Shown here piece after piece: positions 37,639 through 47,895 of a DNA stretch of 64,000 nt (positions are counted from its first letter, which is position 1; each line of letters begins with the position of its first letter). This DNA is from Candidatus Cloacimonadota bacterium (GTDB taxonomy: Bacteria > Cloacimonadota > Cloacimonadia > Cloacimonadales > TCS61), in NCBI GenBank assembly GCA_030621085.1, contig JAUXIJ010000007.1, forward strand, positions 1,220 to 65,219, in the 5' to 3' direction. A model generated the notes under the pieces. That model made no database searches. It was not told where the DNA came from and saw only the letters and a program-made list of their open reading frames with translations. The translations under genes were made by a program, and so were the position numbers.

Positions 37639-37655
37639 GATTCGATATAATTTAT

Positions 37656-37685
37656 AAAAGGCTCGGTTTTCCGAGCCTTTTTTTA
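37656..37685. terminator. bidirectional rho-independent terminator
   Basis: AAAAGGCTCGG (37656-37666) TTTT CCGAGCCTTTT (37671-37681) with flanking A and T runs. Lies between the convergent ferredoxin and glycosyltransferase genes. Confidence 0.8.
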
Positions 37686-38807
37686 TGTTACTAATTCCGT
37701 AAAAACATCCCAGGAATATTTTCTACTTTCTTTTCCTGCTCTTTCAATGATATTCTTCTTTCCAAGCCGAAAAAAGGCTTTTAAAGCAAGAGCGAAATCT
37801 TCAGGCGAAGTGGAATGAGCTACAACTCCAGTTTCTTTATCTGTGATTATTTCCGGTAGACCTCCCACTGGAGTAACCACAGCTCCTAATCCCATATTAA
37901 AACCAATCTGAGCAACACCACTCTGAGTTGCATGAATATATGGTAAAGCCAGAACATCTGACGCTTTGAAAAATATCTCCACCTGTTCATTGGGTACAAA
38001 TTGCCGGCGGAAAGTTACATGATCATTAAGGTTCAATTCATCAATAAGATCGTAATATAGTCTTGAATTCCCATATACTTCACCTACAATAAGAAGGTGA
38101 GCATCGGGCATTTGTTCACGCACATAAGGCAACGATTTGATGAGAATATCCAAACCTTTATATGGTTTTACATAACCAAAGAACAGAATAACTTTCTTAC
38201 CTTTCAAACCCATTTTCTCTTTAGCTTCGCTTTTTGTGAACCGGTTATTATTGTAAAAGGAATAAGTAGGATGAAACCCCAAAATAATATCTTTGTCCGG
38301 GAATAATTTCAAACCAATTTCATACACAGATTCGGAAAGCGTGATGATCGAATCGGAATACTTCATAGCATAACGGGTCAATTTATCTCCAAACGCCCAG
38401 TTTTCATGACTCTCCAGGTTATGTGCTATTGTCTTGATAACGATATTATTAGATCTTTTCTTTATTTTCCTGGAGATCATACCATATGCATAAGCCGTGT
38501 ACGGAATCCAATAACTGAAAAAAACCTGCTCCGGTTGAAAATCTAATATTCTCTTTGCAGTCTTGCCGAAAGTGAACGGATTGTAAGGAGTTAATATCCT
38601 TTCATTGGGAACTTGCAGAAAAACATTACTTCCATCGTATTGGCTCTGCCCTGGAAAGATCAAAGAGGGATACTGTTTCTGGAAATTAATGCAGAGAATC
38701 TCACTCTTTTTACCAAGGGTATCCACCAGATGAGAAGTGAATTGAGAAATTCCGCCCCTGAAAGGGTAAACAGGACCGACTACAACGTATCTTTTTTTTG
38801 TTTCCAA
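37683..38807 (-). CDS. GT4-family glycosyltransferase
   Basis: 374 aa with GT-B fold pattern. The C-terminal half carries an E-x7-E-like region (...GGLPEIITDKETG...). Confidence 0.7.
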   Translation of the reverse strand: METKKRYVVVGPVYPFRGGISQFTSHLVDTLGKKSEILCINFQKQYPSLIFPGQSQYDGSNVFLQVPNERILTPYNPFTFGKTAKRILDFQPEQVFFSYWIPYTAYAYGMISRKIKKRSNNIVIKTIAHNLESHENWAFGDKLTRYAMKYSDSIITLSESVYEIGLKLFPDKDIILGFHPTYSFYNNNRFTKSEAKEKMGLKGKKVILFFGYVKPYKGLDILIKSLPYVREQMPDAHLLIVGEVYGNSRLYYDLIDELNLNDHVTFRRQFVPNEQVEIFFKASDVLALPYIHATQSGVAQIGFNMGLGAVVTPVGGLPEIITDKETGVVAHSTSPEDFALALKAFFRLGKKNIIERAGKESRKYSWDVFTELVT

Positions 38808-38833
38808 ATCATTCTCTGGAAAGATTAAATAAC

Positions 38834-39397
38834 TTATCCCTTATCTTCACTCTTTACTGCTTCTTTTTTCTTCAGGATTTTTTCTTTTTCCTGAGGTGTT
38901 ATAATTACTTTCTCGATAAATTCATCATATTTAATATTCGGATTCATCTCTGCAATACTGTTCACTATTTCCAGCATATTTGGAAAGTTAATTGTAAATT
39001 CAAAATGCTTCTCTTCGTCATTATCCATGTATTGCAGGCGTATCATTTTCCGTTTGGAATCATTAAGCTCAATTTTAATAATATCTATCCAGGATATCTT
39101 TACAGATTTTCTCAGTAGATATCGAAAAAAAATAGCGTCTTTTTGGAAGCGAATGCTGTTTAAAGAAAAGAGGTTGCGGAAAACTGAATTCAATGCCAGG
39201 AACATTATGGCAAACGGAACAAATTGTTGAAATTTAGAGGAATCAGCATTGACTTTTGTAAATATCAGCCAGAAAGAGTAGGTTATCGCCAGCGTGCCAA
39301 AGCTCAATGTAAACCAGCGTATAAATTGATTGAACCTGTAAGCGCGTGGAAATCCTTTCCGTTTGTTAATATCGATAATACTCTCTAATTTATTCAT
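38834..39397 (-). CDS. membrane protein with PH-like C-terminal domain, function unknown
   Basis: 187 aa with two TM helices followed by a soluble domain. Overlaps the upstream PHP gene by 8 nt. Confidence 0.5.
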   Translation of the reverse strand: MNKLESIIDINKRKGFPRAYRFNQFIRWFTLSFGTLAITYSFWLIFTKVNADSSKFQQFVPFAIMFLALNSVFRNLFSLNSIRFQKDAIFFRYLLRKSVKISWIDIIKIELNDSKRKMIRLQYMDNDEEKHFEFTINFPNMLEIVNSIAEMNPNIKYDEFIEKVIITPQEKEKILKKKEAVKSEDKG

Positions 39398-40211
39398 TTT
39401 TTCCCCTGTTCATTTCTTCGAGAATGAATTCAGGAGCTGAGTAATTACCAAAAATCTCGAGATCAATTCCATCTCCATGAAAATCGCTTCCGCCGGTTCT
39501 TAAAAGATAGTTTTTCTGTGCTATTTCATTGTAATGATAAATTGTTTCATCATTGCATTTTGCATAGAATACTTCCATTCCCATTAAACCATACCGGATA
39601 AGGTCATAGATCAATCTATCATCTCCCAAAGTGTATGGATGCGCCAGTACGCTGATCCCATTTGCCTTATGAATTATTTTAATAGCCTTTTTGGAAGAGG
39701 GTGCAAATTTGGGTACGTGGGCATAGCAGTGTTCTCCGATATGAAGTTCAAAAGCCTCGTATTTGTGGGCACAATATCCACCTTCGATCATGGCTCGGGC
39801 AATATGCGGTCGACCAATATAATTATTCTCTCCAGCGAACTTCTGCACATCTTCAATAGAAATATCTATCCCTCGTTCATTCAATTTTTCGATAATTTTT
39901 ACAGCACGATCAAAACGGCTATTATAGATCTTTTGTAGAAGTTCTTTCAATTCTAAGTTATTCAGATCAAAATCATACGCCAGGATGTGAACATCCCGTC
40001 CTTTGTGATTTGTGCTTATTTCAACTCCCGGTATTAATTCTATTCCAACCTGTTTTGCATAATCTCTGATATGAAGATAACCGCCAATGTTGTCATGATC
40101 GGTGATAGCTATAACATCATAATCATGCTTTTTGGCCAGATCGATTACTTCTTTTGGGGAATACAAACCATCTGAAAAGTTCGTATGAACATGGAGATCT
40201 ATCTTTTTCAT
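39390..40211 (-). CDS. PHP-domain phosphoesterase (TrpH/YciV-like)
   Basis: IDLHVHTNFSDG and AITDHDN metal-binding motifs. Confidence 0.8.
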   Translation of the reverse strand: MKKIDLHVHTNFSDGLYSPKEVIDLAKKHDYDVIAITDHDNIGGYLHIRDYAKQVGIELIPGVEISTNHKGRDVHILAYDFDLNNLELKELLQKIYNSRFDRAVKIIEKLNERGIDISIEDVQKFAGENNYIGRPHIARAMIEGGYCAHKYEAFELHIGEHCYAHVPKFAPSSKKAIKIIHKANGISVLAHPYTLGDDRLIYDLIRYGLMGMEVFYAKCNDETIYHYNEIAQKNYLLRTGGSDFHGDGIDLEIFGNYSAPEFILEEMNRGKNE

Positions 40212-40304
40212 TAAACACCTAATTCTATATATTTTTTATTTTAAAATCTTGAAGCACTCTAATTTGTCAATGTAATAATTCTTGAATAATTATGTAAAAA
40301 ATCT

Positions 40305-40354
40305 ATTTCTTACTCGTTCCCAAGCCTTTAACATATTGGATAACAAGTCCAGTT
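40305..40354. repeat. REP-like palindrome CTCGTTCCCAA...GTTTGGGAATG
   Basis: Arms at 40305-40315 and 40344-40354. The same arm pair, with one substitution each, occurs at 44097-44124 inside a CDS. Confidence 0.55.
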
Positions 40355-40372
40355 TGGGAATGTAAGAAATTC

Positions 40373-40948
40373 TTATTTTTCTTTCTTTGAATAATGAATT
40401 TCAAAATTCCTATCCGGCATGAAGTTTTCTTTATACCAGAAGAAGATATATCTATTACTTTCTTCCCTCAGGCTATCTGGTATATAGGAAAGTGAATCAA
40501 GCGAAAGTTCTCTGGGAAAAGTTAGAGTGTAGTTCACTTGTTCGAATGGTCTGCCCCATGTTTGAGTTGTTGTTAGAATATATTCTGCTTTTTTCCCCTT
40601 GAGCTCCTGCCGGTAACCTATCCTGTAAACTGCCATTGAATCAGGTTCTATCTGAATAGTAAAGGAAGCACCTTTATCTTTATATTGCATATTAGTTGTA
40701 ATAGTGGAGTCCCTAACGTTTATCACAAAAAGAGAATCAATCTTTCCGTATGCAGAATCCTGTGGAAAAGGATAGATAAGTCTTTGTTTTAATTCTTTAT
40801 CACTTATGTTGCGAAAATAATACAGCCCATCTACATAGAAATGATCTCCTTTAATTTCAAACGATAGATCCTCGCGAAAGAATTGCAGATCGAGGGGAAA
40901 AAGATATGTAATGAAAAACAGTATGAAAAGTATAAATAATTTCTTCAA
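40373..40948 (-). CDS. secreted hypothetical protein
   Basis: 191 aa with N-terminal signal-like hydrophobic segment. Starts 2 nt after the upstream large gene. Confidence 0.5.
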   Translation of the reverse strand: MKKLFILFILFFITYLFPLDLQFFREDLSFEIKGDHFYVDGLYYFRNISDKELKQRLIYPFPQDSAYGKIDSLFVINVRDSTITTNMQYKDKGASFTIQIEPDSMAVYRIGYRQELKGKKAEYILTTTQTWGRPFEQVNYTLTFPRELSLDSLSYIPDSLREESNRYIFFWYKENFMPDRNFEIHYSKKEK

Positions 40949-40950
40949 TC

Positions 40951-43914
40951 TTATTTCAACAGCAGCATTTTCTTTGATTTTTCAAAATTACCTGCTTTCA
41001 ATTGATAAAAATACACTCCTGAGGACACACTTTGATCATTCTCATCCTTTTCGTTCCAGATCAATTTGCTTCTACCCGGATTCATATGACAATCCAATAG
41101 GGTTTTAATCTTTTGCCCTTTGATATTATATATATCCAACTTGACTCTTCCTGCTTCTGGAAGATTAAAAAAGATATTGGTCTCCGGATTGAAGGGATTG
41201 GGGTAATTCTGATGAAGTTTGGCTGTGATGGCATTGAGAATCTCATCCGGTGAGAAAGTGGGTTCGATATGGATTTTTTGCGAAAATACGGAAGGAACAA
41301 AATTACCATAGGGGTTATAATTAAAAATCCGATCATCAAGCCAGCCAATATAAACATCATTACTTTCATTTGCTACAATTTGAGGATTCCTTTGATCCCA
41401 GGAAGCATCACACAGAACGATTCCGTCAGGATTCCAAAGAAGATTACCATCAAGATCGATCAATTGAGCATAAATATTAAGATTGTATTCATCTAATTTT
41501 TCCCAGACTATAATTAGTTGATCACCAATTTTTACAATGTCAGGATATTGTCCCTCACCAATCAAAATACCACCAGCCTGCCAAAGCTCATTTCCATTTT
41601 CATCGAATTTTTGAGCATAGATTTCATAGTTTTCTCCAGAACGATAATCATCCCAGACTAAATATAAATATTCTTCAAATTGAAATCTGAAATTAAGTTG
41701 CCAGTACGGTTGTGCAACCAAAGGTATTCCATCCTGTTGCCAGAGAGCATTGCCTTCTTCGGTTATGATCTGACCATAAATATCACTTGAACCTCCGCGA
41801 TAATCTAGCCAGAGTATTAATAATCCCTGCGGAATAATTATTCCACGAGCTTGTCGCTGTATTCCTTCAGCAACACACACTTCCAATCCATCTTCAGACC
41901 AACCTGGAGCAGGATCACCATTTTCATCTACCATTAAACAGAATATATTTCCGTTATTATATCCAACATTTTGCCAAATATAGTAATTCTCTACTATATC
42001 AGTTAGTTCATCATTATATTCTCTATCAGCTATCACTTTACCATCTTCCCCCCATTGTAGATCACCGTTAATTATTTTCTGACCTTTAATTTGAGAGTCC
42101 ATATAATCTGTAAAATCTTCCCATCCTATATAATATTCGTATGTTCCTGAATTATTAATTGAGGAGATTCCTGGATGATCTTGATGAAATGAAGGTCCAC
42201 CTACTTTCAAGCCTGTACTATCTGACCATAAGAAATTACCGTCAAGATCAACTGCTTGACTATAAATCTGTTTATATCCTTCTTCCGACATTTCCCATAC
42301 AATTGCAATTTCATTTGACCCTGAAGGTATGTTTGCAGCAAAATTTTCCTGACTATTTGAAAACAATGGTGTAATGGGAATTCCATTTTCGTCGAAAACA
42401 GGCGAACCATTAGAATTTAGCGATTGTGCAAATATGCGTGATCTGCAACTATTATTAATCCAAATGAAAATTGGATTATCTTCATTGGGAAAAACTTCCA
42501 GATCATAAGTGTATCCGAATGAACCTCCATAAATATAAAGTCCGTCTTCTGGAAATTGAAGATTTCCGACTTCATCAACAACCTGAACATAAAGACTATT
42601 ATTTCCTGTTGATTCATCACTCCAACTAAGAAAAGCTCTGTTATCTGAAGTTAAATTGATGGTGAATAGACCTAAGTATTGTATTGCCTCACATATAAAT
42701 AATCCATTATTATTCAATGTTATCGCCCCGGATTCATCTATGTGTTGAACATACAATTCTTCAGCATTATCTAAATAAAACCATTTTATCCAGTAACCGC
42801 TGTTATTATCGGGAATAATACCAATATTGTAGCATTCACATACACTATTAAAGATATTGATCGGATCAAATAACGAATTGCCGGATGTGTCCAGTTTTAG
42901 CGTTTGTATCATAGATTGGGGGTAATCATACTCAGTCCAATAAATAGCCAGATTATCATCGGATGTGTAGGTTGCATCTATTCTGCTCAGATCATTGGTG
43001 GTTGTATATATATTAATATCTTCCGGGAAAAGAGCGGTTCCATTAATATCGACTTTCTGCATATATATCGTGTTTGGATTCGTATTTCTTGAATCCTTCC
43101 AGAAGAAATAGAATAGACCATTATTATCACTAACAACGCCAATATGATCATTGCAAACAGTTTCTTCACATAAAACAATTCCCGCATCTCCCCAGAGTGG
43201 ATTTCCATTTGAGCCGATCCGTTGAATAATCAAATCATCCATATTTCGCCAGGCATATATGAAACCGCCAAATCCATCAGGTAAGATATCGAAATTATAT
43301 GGTTGTAGATTTGGGATCAAAATGTTTCCACCGGCATTCCAATTACTATCGATAGAACCATCAGCTAAGACGTGCAAACCTTTCACAGTAATAGGGTTGG
43401 GTTCAAGAGTAAAATTTCTCCACACTACAAAAGCCCCACCACATGTATCGTCTATTATTTGGATTCTATATGGGAATATTTCAATATCGGTAAATAGCAA
43501 AATTCCTTCATCCTGCCATAATCTGTTACCGAAAGCATCAATTTTCTGAACTCGAATTTCCATCCCGAAATTTCCATAATGGCTAACCCAGGCTATGATG
43601 ATTTCGTTATTTAAAGAGGTAGTTGCTTTTGGATAGTGTTGAGTATCGAGGTCATCATTAATTTCTAATCCAGTTTCTCCCCAGAGAAAAGTTCCATCCG
43701 GTGTAACTTTCTGGGCAAAAATACCGCGATCTCCATTTCGACTGTCCGACCAGATCATAACCATGTTACCGTCGTCACTGTTTATAGTAGTGCCTGTCCA
43801 ATTTACATTTTCGCCGCAATATACCGGCATACCGTTATTCTGCCATTGGATTTGAGAAAAAAGAAAGAAAGGTATAAAAATTAAGGTAAAAAGGACAATT
43901 TTTTTCATGATCAT
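40951..43914 (-). CDS. large secreted repeat (beta-propeller-like) protein with T9SS-type C-terminal sorting domain
   Basis: 987 aa with signal peptide. More than 10 repeats of W-x-D-x-R...IYAQK(I/V)D..GN.LW. C-terminus NYPNPFNPET...SGVYFYQL...KKMLLLK. Confidence 0.75.
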   Translation of the reverse strand: MIMKKIVLFTLIFIPFFLFSQIQWQNNGMPVYCGENVNWTGTTINSDDGNMVMIWSDSRNGDRGIFAQKVTPDGTFLWGETGLEINDDLDTQHYPKATTSLNNEIIIAWVSHYGNFGMEIRVQKIDAFGNRLWQDEGILLFTDIEIFPYRIQIIDDTCGGAFVVWRNFTLEPNPITVKGLHVLADGSIDSNWNAGGNILIPNLQPYNFDILPDGFGGFIYAWRNMDDLIIQRIGSNGNPLWGDAGIVLCEETVCNDHIGVVSDNNGLFYFFWKDSRNTNPNTIYMQKVDINGTALFPEDINIYTTTNDLSRIDATYTSDDNLAIYWTEYDYPQSMIQTLKLDTSGNSLFDPINIFNSVCECYNIGIIPDNNSGYWIKWFYLDNAEELYVQHIDESGAITLNNNGLFICEAIQYLGLFTINLTSDNRAFLSWSDESTGNNSLYVQVVDEVGNLQFPEDGLYIYGGSFGYTYDLEVFPNEDNPIFIWINNSCRSRIFAQSLNSNGSPVFDENGIPITPLFSNSQENFAANIPSGSNEIAIVWEMSEEGYKQIYSQAVDLDGNFLWSDSTGLKVGGPSFHQDHPGISSINNSGTYEYYIGWEDFTDYMDSQIKGQKIINGDLQWGEDGKVIADREYNDELTDIVENYYIWQNVGYNNGNIFCLMVDENGDPAPGWSEDGLEVCVAEGIQRQARGIIIPQGLLILWLDYRGGSSDIYGQIITEEGNALWQQDGIPLVAQPYWQLNFRFQFEEYLYLVWDDYRSGENYEIYAQKFDENGNELWQAGGILIGEGQYPDIVKIGDQLIIVWEKLDEYNLNIYAQLIDLDGNLLWNPDGIVLCDASWDQRNPQIVANESNDVYIGWLDDRIFNYNPYGNFVPSVFSQKIHIEPTFSPDEILNAITAKLHQNYPNPFNPETNIFFNLPEAGRVKLDIYNIKGQKIKTLLDCHMNPGRSKLIWNEKDENDQSVSSGVYFYQLKAGNFEKSKKMLLLK

Positions 43915-43975
43915 CTCCTAAATTTTTAGACAACAAGATGCTAGCTCGTTTAATTGATCAGGTTGGCTGTTTAAA

Positions 43976-45050
43976 TTATTTCAACAACAGCATTTTATTA
44001 CAGGCTACTTCTTTCCCACCAACTATTAATTTATACAGATATACTCCCGATGGACAAGCTTTACCGATGCGGTTGGTTCCGTCCCATATCATTTTTCTCG
44101 TTCCTAAACTCCCGTTTGGGAACGTATCCATTACTTTCACCTTCTGCCCTCTCGAGTTATAGATTTCGACAGTCACAAACGAGGATCCGTCAGAGCCGGA
44201 CACAGCGTTTTGTGTTACGGAAAAGCTGATCGTTGTGGAAGGATTGAACGGATTGGGATGATTGGAAAGATAATAACCCTGGCTGGAAATAATAACTTCA
44301 GGTTCATTAACGCCAACAACATAATTTTCAAACACAAACTCGTAATAATTCATACTATCAGGTTCGATGGAAATAGTTGAATCCATAGAAGCCAGTGCAG
44401 CGAGATGGATATCACAATAAAAATTCATAGCATACATTTCTTTTTCAAAATAGCCATTTTCATTTGTTACAGCATCGGGGCTGTTATAATTATATGGAAA
44501 ATGCTCAATTTGAACATTGGGGACAGGATTCATTAGTGAATCATAAACATAACCGCAAAATATACCTTGAGTTCCACCATTATTATTTATACCTCCCAAA
44601 GTAGGAGAACTGTCTTTACAAAATGATATATCCGTTGTCATTGCACCGTTTGAAGAAAATGAGATAGGAACCAAAGATTGCCCATTAGTAGGTGCCAGTA
44701 CCATGGTCTGTAAAGTTCCAAAGGTGCACCAGGATATTTCATCATCCATATAATTAAGAAGTAACATGATCGCCCTGTTCATCGATTACAAGTGGAGTTT
44801 GCAGATCATCTTGAGTAACAACGATATAGGTCTCCTGTGGAAATGGAATCCCGGGAAGAAAATAGGCTTCACCGGCATTAGACGAGATCTTGCAGTTATA
44901 TAGATTACCGTTTATTATCATACTATACAACTCTATAGACCAACCTGTTTCATCGAAGTAGATTTCGGTAATGTAAGGTCCTTCCGCTATCGGATTCGCC
45001 AGCAGCAAACTTGCTGAAATGAGCAATACTAAAATAATTATCGTTTTCAT
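43976..45050 (-). pseudogene. secreted T9SS-sorted protein split by a frameshift (two ORFs: 44754-45050 and 43976-44782)
   Basis: The upstream ORF has the signal peptide only. The downstream ORF has the T9SS C-terminal domain only. They overlap by 29 nt in different frames. The joined sequence reads ...EQGDHVT/LLNYMDDEISW, like a lamin-tail-type strand pair. Confidence 0.5.
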
Positions 45051-45077
45051 TCTAACCTCCCGGTTAATGAAAAATTA

Positions 45078-46154
45078 TTAAAACATACTCCCAAAATAAT
45101 ACTTGCATCCGAAACTAAATCTCATAGTTTGATCACGTTTCAAATCTGCGTAATAAGAGTAATCTGGAACATTCGTATAAATTTCGGAATCAACATGTTC
45201 TACTTCAAAAGATAATTGATAATACAAAGAGAAGTTATTTTCAATAAAATAATCCAAATTACTACTAAAATTAGTAGTTAAAGAAAATCCTTTATAATCA
45301 TCAAACCAAATATAATTGTATATCACAGTGAAACCCAAATTCAATTCGTAACCCTGAAAACGTTTTATTGATTCCTGCATGATTTCTGACAGATACAAAT
45401 TTTCAGGTATACTAAAATTTTCAAATTCACTTCCAAGAATTGGTGCCAATTCTCCCCAAAAATATTTCTCATATCTATCATAAATATTTACATATTGAGG
45501 ATAAAGAGCAAATTTATCTGCCAATGATCTTATCTGGTTTTCTGAAAGAGTGAGACCTTTATTCAATGCTTCTACTCTTTCCCGCAACCTTAACGCACGG
45601 AATACAGGGCTTACATCTCTTATTTTCCCAAATCCAATACCCAGAGATGTATCAGATTGAAAGGTTTGGCTAACATAATCATCTGAATTGTCTGATTCAT
45701 TTCGATCATGATAAATATAGTTTGGACTGATTGTAGCATTCAAAAATAATTTGTCTGCTACGTAATATTGACAATCTCCTATAAAGCCAGGATGTAATCG
45801 GAAATTTCTTTCTATGTTTTTTTCAATATCAGATTGGTAGTCTGTTGCATTATAATCATAATTCAAAGATAGACTGGTACACAGAGTATATTTAATTTTT
45901 TCAGACTCATAGTAACGCATATAATATGGTGAAAGCCAAAAATTATAATACTCATCGACCCATTTCCCATCTTCATCTTTCCTGTCAAATCTTCCATTGC
46001 CAGTTAAATTTATAACGCTATACGAATATCCCCAGGCGGGAAGTTGATAATCCTTAATAAGATAGTAATCGTTAATTTTGAAACCAACGCTTTGCCAACA
46101 ATAAATAAATGACGCTATCAACATAATTAGTGCAGTAATAAAACTCTTCTTCAT
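45078..46154 (-). CDS. outer-membrane beta-barrel-like protein, function unknown
   Basis: 358 aa with signal peptide, Tyr/Asn/Ser-rich alternating pattern and C-terminal aromatic residue (..GSMF). Confidence 0.5.
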   Translation of the reverse strand: MKKSFITALIMLIASFIYCWQSVGFKINDYYLIKDYQLPAWGYSYSVINLTGNGRFDRKDEDGKWVDEYYNFWLSPYYMRYYESEKIKYTLCTSLSLNYDYNATDYQSDIEKNIERNFRLHPGFIGDCQYYVADKLFLNATISPNYIYHDRNESDNSDDYVSQTFQSDTSLGIGFGKIRDVSPVFRALRLRERVEALNKGLTLSENQIRSLADKFALYPQYVNIYDRYEKYFWGELAPILGSEFENFSIPENLYLSEIMQESIKRFQGYELNLGFTVIYNYIWFDDYKGFSLTTNFSSNLDYFIENNFSLYYQLSFEVEHVDSEIYTNVPDYSYYADLKRDQTMRFSFGCKYYFGSMF

Positions 46155-46383
46155 TTACTTCTCCTATAATCGAATAAAAACCTAATCCAAATTCAAAATA
46201 CATTTTCAGCTTAGTTCACGTGAGTTAAAATCTGATATTTTACAAATAGTGTCAAATAAATTATTGAATTTAAATATAATATTAAAATGCGGAAATGATA
46301 AATCTAACTTTTTTTATTTACAGAAATTCCTGTTAACTTCGTTTTGTTTACGAATTTTTCGAATAAAAAATTAAGGAGCGATT

Positions 46384-47709
46384 ATGGAATTTCGAAACGA
46401 ACTGGTGAAAATCTGTGAACAATACCCGGAGTTCAAATTTAATTTTCACTACCGAAACTGGGAAACGGATTTCCTGCGATTTTATCAGAGCCAGATCAAT
46501 TATAACATCTCCAAAACGTCTATTACGCTTTCCACCACTATGCACAAAGGAAAGAAGTCGTACTCTTTCTCTCTGAAAAATCCAACAAATGCAAAACTTC
46601 TCGAGAAGATCGAAGAAGTAAAGATGATCATCGACAAATTGCCGGAAGACCCGGATTTCATCGACCTGGAAGATGATCTGACCAAAAGCAAGGAAAAGGA
46701 AAAGCTCAACAATGTCGAAAAAGTATCTCTAGATAAGAAGATAGACATCCTGAAAAAACTAGCAAAAGTAGTCGAACCCTTCAATTTCAAAATTTACGGA
46801 ACATTTATCTGCAACTATAAGATACTTTACATAATCAACAGCAACGGCGTGAACAAACGTGAGATCAATTCCCCAATTTTCCTGGAGGTTAAAGCGGTTT
46901 CCAACAAAAACGAAGTTACAGTATTGGAAACCTATGGTGGAGAAAATTTCAATACTTTCGATGTGGAAAGATTCACGAAAGATTTATCTGCAAAAGTAGA
47001 AGCTGCCACCGGTGAGATCGTAGACGTTGAACCTGGTGAATACGAAGTTGTGTTGGCACCACGTTGTGTCGGAGATTATCTGATGTACCTGGAAAGCAGC
47101 ATGACAGCTCATAGTCTGGACTCTAAAATGAGTTTCTTTGAGGGTAAACTTGATAAGAAAGTCTTTCCGGAAAATATTACCATTACCGATGATCCTGAGC
47201 ATCCTGACCTAATAAATTTTGATTACAACCATGATGGTCATATTTATAAAAAACTTCCAATAATTGAAAAAGGTGTTTTCAAAAACTTTATGGTCGATAA
47301 CTATTATGGACGAAAACTGAAAATGAAAAAGAATGGTGCTGAGGGTGCTGGTTTAATAATGAAAACGGGTAATAAAACCAAGGAAGAATTAATTGGCTCG
47401 ATTAAAAAAGGACTATATATTTCCAGCTTACATTATATGAATTTCATTAATCGTAAGGAAACTTCTGTAACCGGATTAACACGTGACGGAACATTCCTGA
47501 TAGAAGATGGAAAACTCACGAAAGTTGTTAATAACCTTCGCTTTACCGAAAAAATATCCGATATTATTTGTGGTATCACCGATATCGAAAATCGCTCTTA
47601 TACAATTCCATCTTCAAGTAATTACGGTGAGTTTCAAATCTACAGTGCTAAAATACCACATGTGAAAGTGAAAGGTTTTAAAATAAGCTCTTCCACGAGA
47701 ACGGTATAG
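46384..47709 (+). CDS. pmbA: TldD/PmbA-family protein (PmbA/TldE-like, no HExxxH)
   Basis: 441 aa with family-typical C-terminal half (GLYISSLHYMNF...TGLTRDGTFLIEDGK). Adjacent to tldD. Confidence 0.7.
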   Translation: MEFRNELVKICEQYPEFKFNFHYRNWETDFLRFYQSQINYNISKTSITLSTTMHKGKKSYSFSLKNPTNAKLLEKIEEVKMIIDKLPEDPDFIDLEDDLTKSKEKEKLNNVEKVSLDKKIDILKKLAKVVEPFNFKIYGTFICNYKILYIINSNGVNKREINSPIFLEVKAVSNKNEVTVLETYGGENFNTFDVERFTKDLSAKVEAATGEIVDVEPGEYEVVLAPRCVGDYLMYLESSMTAHSLDSKMSFFEGKLDKKVFPENITITDDPEHPDLINFDYNHDGHIYKKLPIIEKGVFKNFMVDNYYGRKLKMKKNGAEGAGLIMKTGNKTKEELIGSIKKGLYISSLHYMNFINRKETSVTGLTRDGTFLIEDGKLTKVVNNLRFTEKISDIICGITDIENRSYTIPSSSNYGEFQIYSAKIPHVKVKGFKISSSTRTV

Positions 47710-47880
47710 CTCACAGATGAACACAGATAAACACGGATGGGAATATAGCAAATTAATGCTTGTTCCTATCCAGTAGCTGCCGGATGGGAACACACTTGTT
47801 TGCGAAATTTAATTTAGCATATGGTCCCGTTCACAAGTTCAACTTATGAGCGAGTTATAAATCCATGAAAATCCGTGAGC
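47709..47880. repeat. MITE/REP-like insert between pmbA and tldD
   Basis: Terminal inverted repeat GCTCACAGAT (47709-47718)/ATCCGTGAGC (47871-47880), 9/10 complementary. Contains CACAGATGAACACAGATAAACAC, related to 20771-20790, and a duplicated GGATGGGAA. Confidence 0.5.
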
Positions 47881-47895
47881 AAAAAAGGAGAATAA

